Position numbers and translations under genes: made by a program. From Syntrophales bacterium (GTDB lineage: Bacteria; Desulfobacterota; Syntrophia; Syntrophales; PHBD01), in NCBI GenBank assembly GCA_963668175.1, contig OY764159.1:2496001-2560000 (forward strand): DNA of 64,000 nt, in the 5' to 3' direction. Shown piece by piece: positions 62,535 through 64,000 of this stretch (position 1 is the first letter of the stretch; each line of letters opens with the position of its first letter). The notes beneath the pieces were generated by a model. That model saw only the letters and a list, made by a program, of their open reading frames with translations. It was not told the DNA's origin and ran no database searches.

Positions 62535-63066
62535 AACGATATAAATGTGCTTATGGCCTGCGAGTAGGGAGAAGCGGGTATCATCAGGAAAATCTCTCCC
62601 GCTTTTGTCTTTTTTCGTTCCGGCTTTACGGTCGCAGGCCGCCCTTACAATCGATCAAAATAGACCATTCTATTCCGGACACGCGCGGAAATGTCCGCGG
62701 CTGCCGTTCCCGGGCCCGCCGCCATGCCGCTTCCGGGCCTCGGCCCGGCCGGTGCCGCGGCTGCAGGAAAGAAGCGCATGAAACAGCCTCCGGCTGAAAT
62801 CGACGATCGGGAAGCAGCATCGGGAACGGTTCCGCCTCTTTTATGAAACGGCAATATTTAAAGCCTATGCAATTCGGAGGAGTTTTGCCCCCATCGTCAG
62901 GGGCGCGTCCCCCGGCTGGGAAAAGCTGCGTATCATGATTCATCCCTCCGGGGAATCTAACCGCAATCAAGTATGAATGCCCCCGGGAATGACGCTGCAA
63001 AACCAGAAGAGGGCAAGTGGAGTTGTCCGGCAATCCGCCCTGGCGCGGCCCAAGCGAAAGGAAGCT

Positions 63067-64000
63067 ATGAAAAAGGAAATTTCAAGAAGGACATTCATGA
63101 AAATGGGCGCCCAGGGGGCCCTGGCCCTGGGGTTCTGCGGCCTGGCTACCGGCTCCGGCCGGAACGCGTCCGGCATCGCACCGACCCCGCATGCGCCGTC
63201 CCCGAACCGTGCCGTCCATCCCGCCGCCGTTGCCGCCGTAAAGGGCAACAATCTGGATTCCATGACGAGAGACGCCATCGAGGCAATCGGGGGGATGGGT
63301 TCCGTCGTCAATAAGGGCGATACCGTATTCATCAAGCCGAACTTCGTCACTTTCCCCTGGGCTCGGACGAACAGATGTTTTCATATCGGAGAATGCACCA
63401 AGCCTGAAATTATCATGGCGGCCGCCGAAGAGTGCCTTAAGGCCGGAGCCGGGAAGGTCGTCATAGGCGACGGTTCCCAGATGCCGACCTACGACTGGAA
63501 ATACTCGTATACCCTGGATGGAAGCACGAACATGGTCGAACAGGCCGCCAGGCTGAACGGCAGGTACGACGGCAAAATATCCCTGGCCTGTCTGGAGGTC
63601 GATTATCCGTGCGACTATGCGATCCCTTCCCGCACCGCCCATGACAAATTATATGTCTCGAATATCTACGCCATAGCGGACAAAGTGATCTCCATCCCGG
63701 TTGCAAAGACCCATCGCTGGTCCCAGCTGTCGCTGGGAATGAAGAATTTCGTGGGCGCACTTTCCATTCAAAAATACGGCGCGTTCTTGAAAAATTCGTA
63801 TTGGGACAGGGGGAGCAAAATCGACCATTCGAGCGTATCGGCAATATCCCAGGCATTTTTAGACGTGGTTGCCGCAAAAAGGCCCGATCTCACGATTATC
63901 GATTTCTCCATCGGTCTGGAGGGAAACGGCCCTTCGACCGGAGCGGGCGGGAAAACCGTGGATGTGAAAAACCGATTGGGGTCCTGGCTGGTGCTGGCAA
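63067..64000 (+). CDS. Tat-exported DUF362 domain protein, 3'-truncated by the window edge
   Basis: Manual translation MKKEISRRTFMKMG (twin-Arg)...IGGMGSVVNKGDTVFIKPNFV...VIGDGS...IPVAKTH...LGMKNFVG. Confidence 0.88.
   Translation, partial: MKKEISRRTFMKMGAQGALALGFCGLATGSGRNASGIAPTPHAPSPNRAVHPAAVAAVKGNNLDSMTRDAIEAIGGMGSVVNKGDTVFIKPNFVTFPWARTNRCFHIGECTKPEIIMAAAEECLKAGAGKVVIGDGSQMPTYDWKYSYTLDGSTNMVEQAARLNGRYDGKISLACLEVDYPCDYAIPSRTAHDKLYVSNIYAIADKVISIPVAKTHRWSQLSLGMKNFVGALSIQKYGAFLKNSYWDRGSKIDHSSVSAISQAFLDVVAAKRPDLTIIDFSIGLEGNGPSTGAGGKTVDVKNRLGSWLVLA

Overview
A GC-rich 64 kb chromosomal segment. Its gene content suggests an anaerobic Desulfobacterota/Syntrophales-like bacterium (inference). 1-30 kb is a signalling district: multi-PAS hybrid histidine kinases, a MASE3 kinase, a response regulator, three chemoreceptors, CheW, a PAS-LuxR regulator and an HDOD protein, with several sigma-54-type promoter motifs. 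31.5-34.6 kb is an AT-richer 1024-aa membrane protein of unknown function. 35-44 kb carries dapF, small redox genes, a cooC-FNOR-cooF-cooS CO dehydrogenase operon, HU and a CarF/TMEM189-like desaturase. 44-52.4 kb is a tungsten/molybdenum module: aor, ThiF, MoaD, an Ubl-like protein, a stand-alone TiaS-like domain, a single-gene MoSto-like storage protein and an orphan tupA. The most striking unexplained structure is at 52.27-56.45 kb. The tupA 3' end occurs three times, bounding two tandem units that share a non-coding scaffold (a sigma-70 promoter and a metallophosphoesterase 3' remnant) but carry unrelated genes, with no integrase in the window. 56.5-64 kb holds a PEP-CTERM gene with sigma-54/enhancer motifs, an AraC-linked aldo-keto reductase operon and a partial Tat-exported DUF362 gene. 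No rRNA, tRNA, CRISPR array or intact transposase/integrase was seen. Family assignments are from motif recognition, not database searches.
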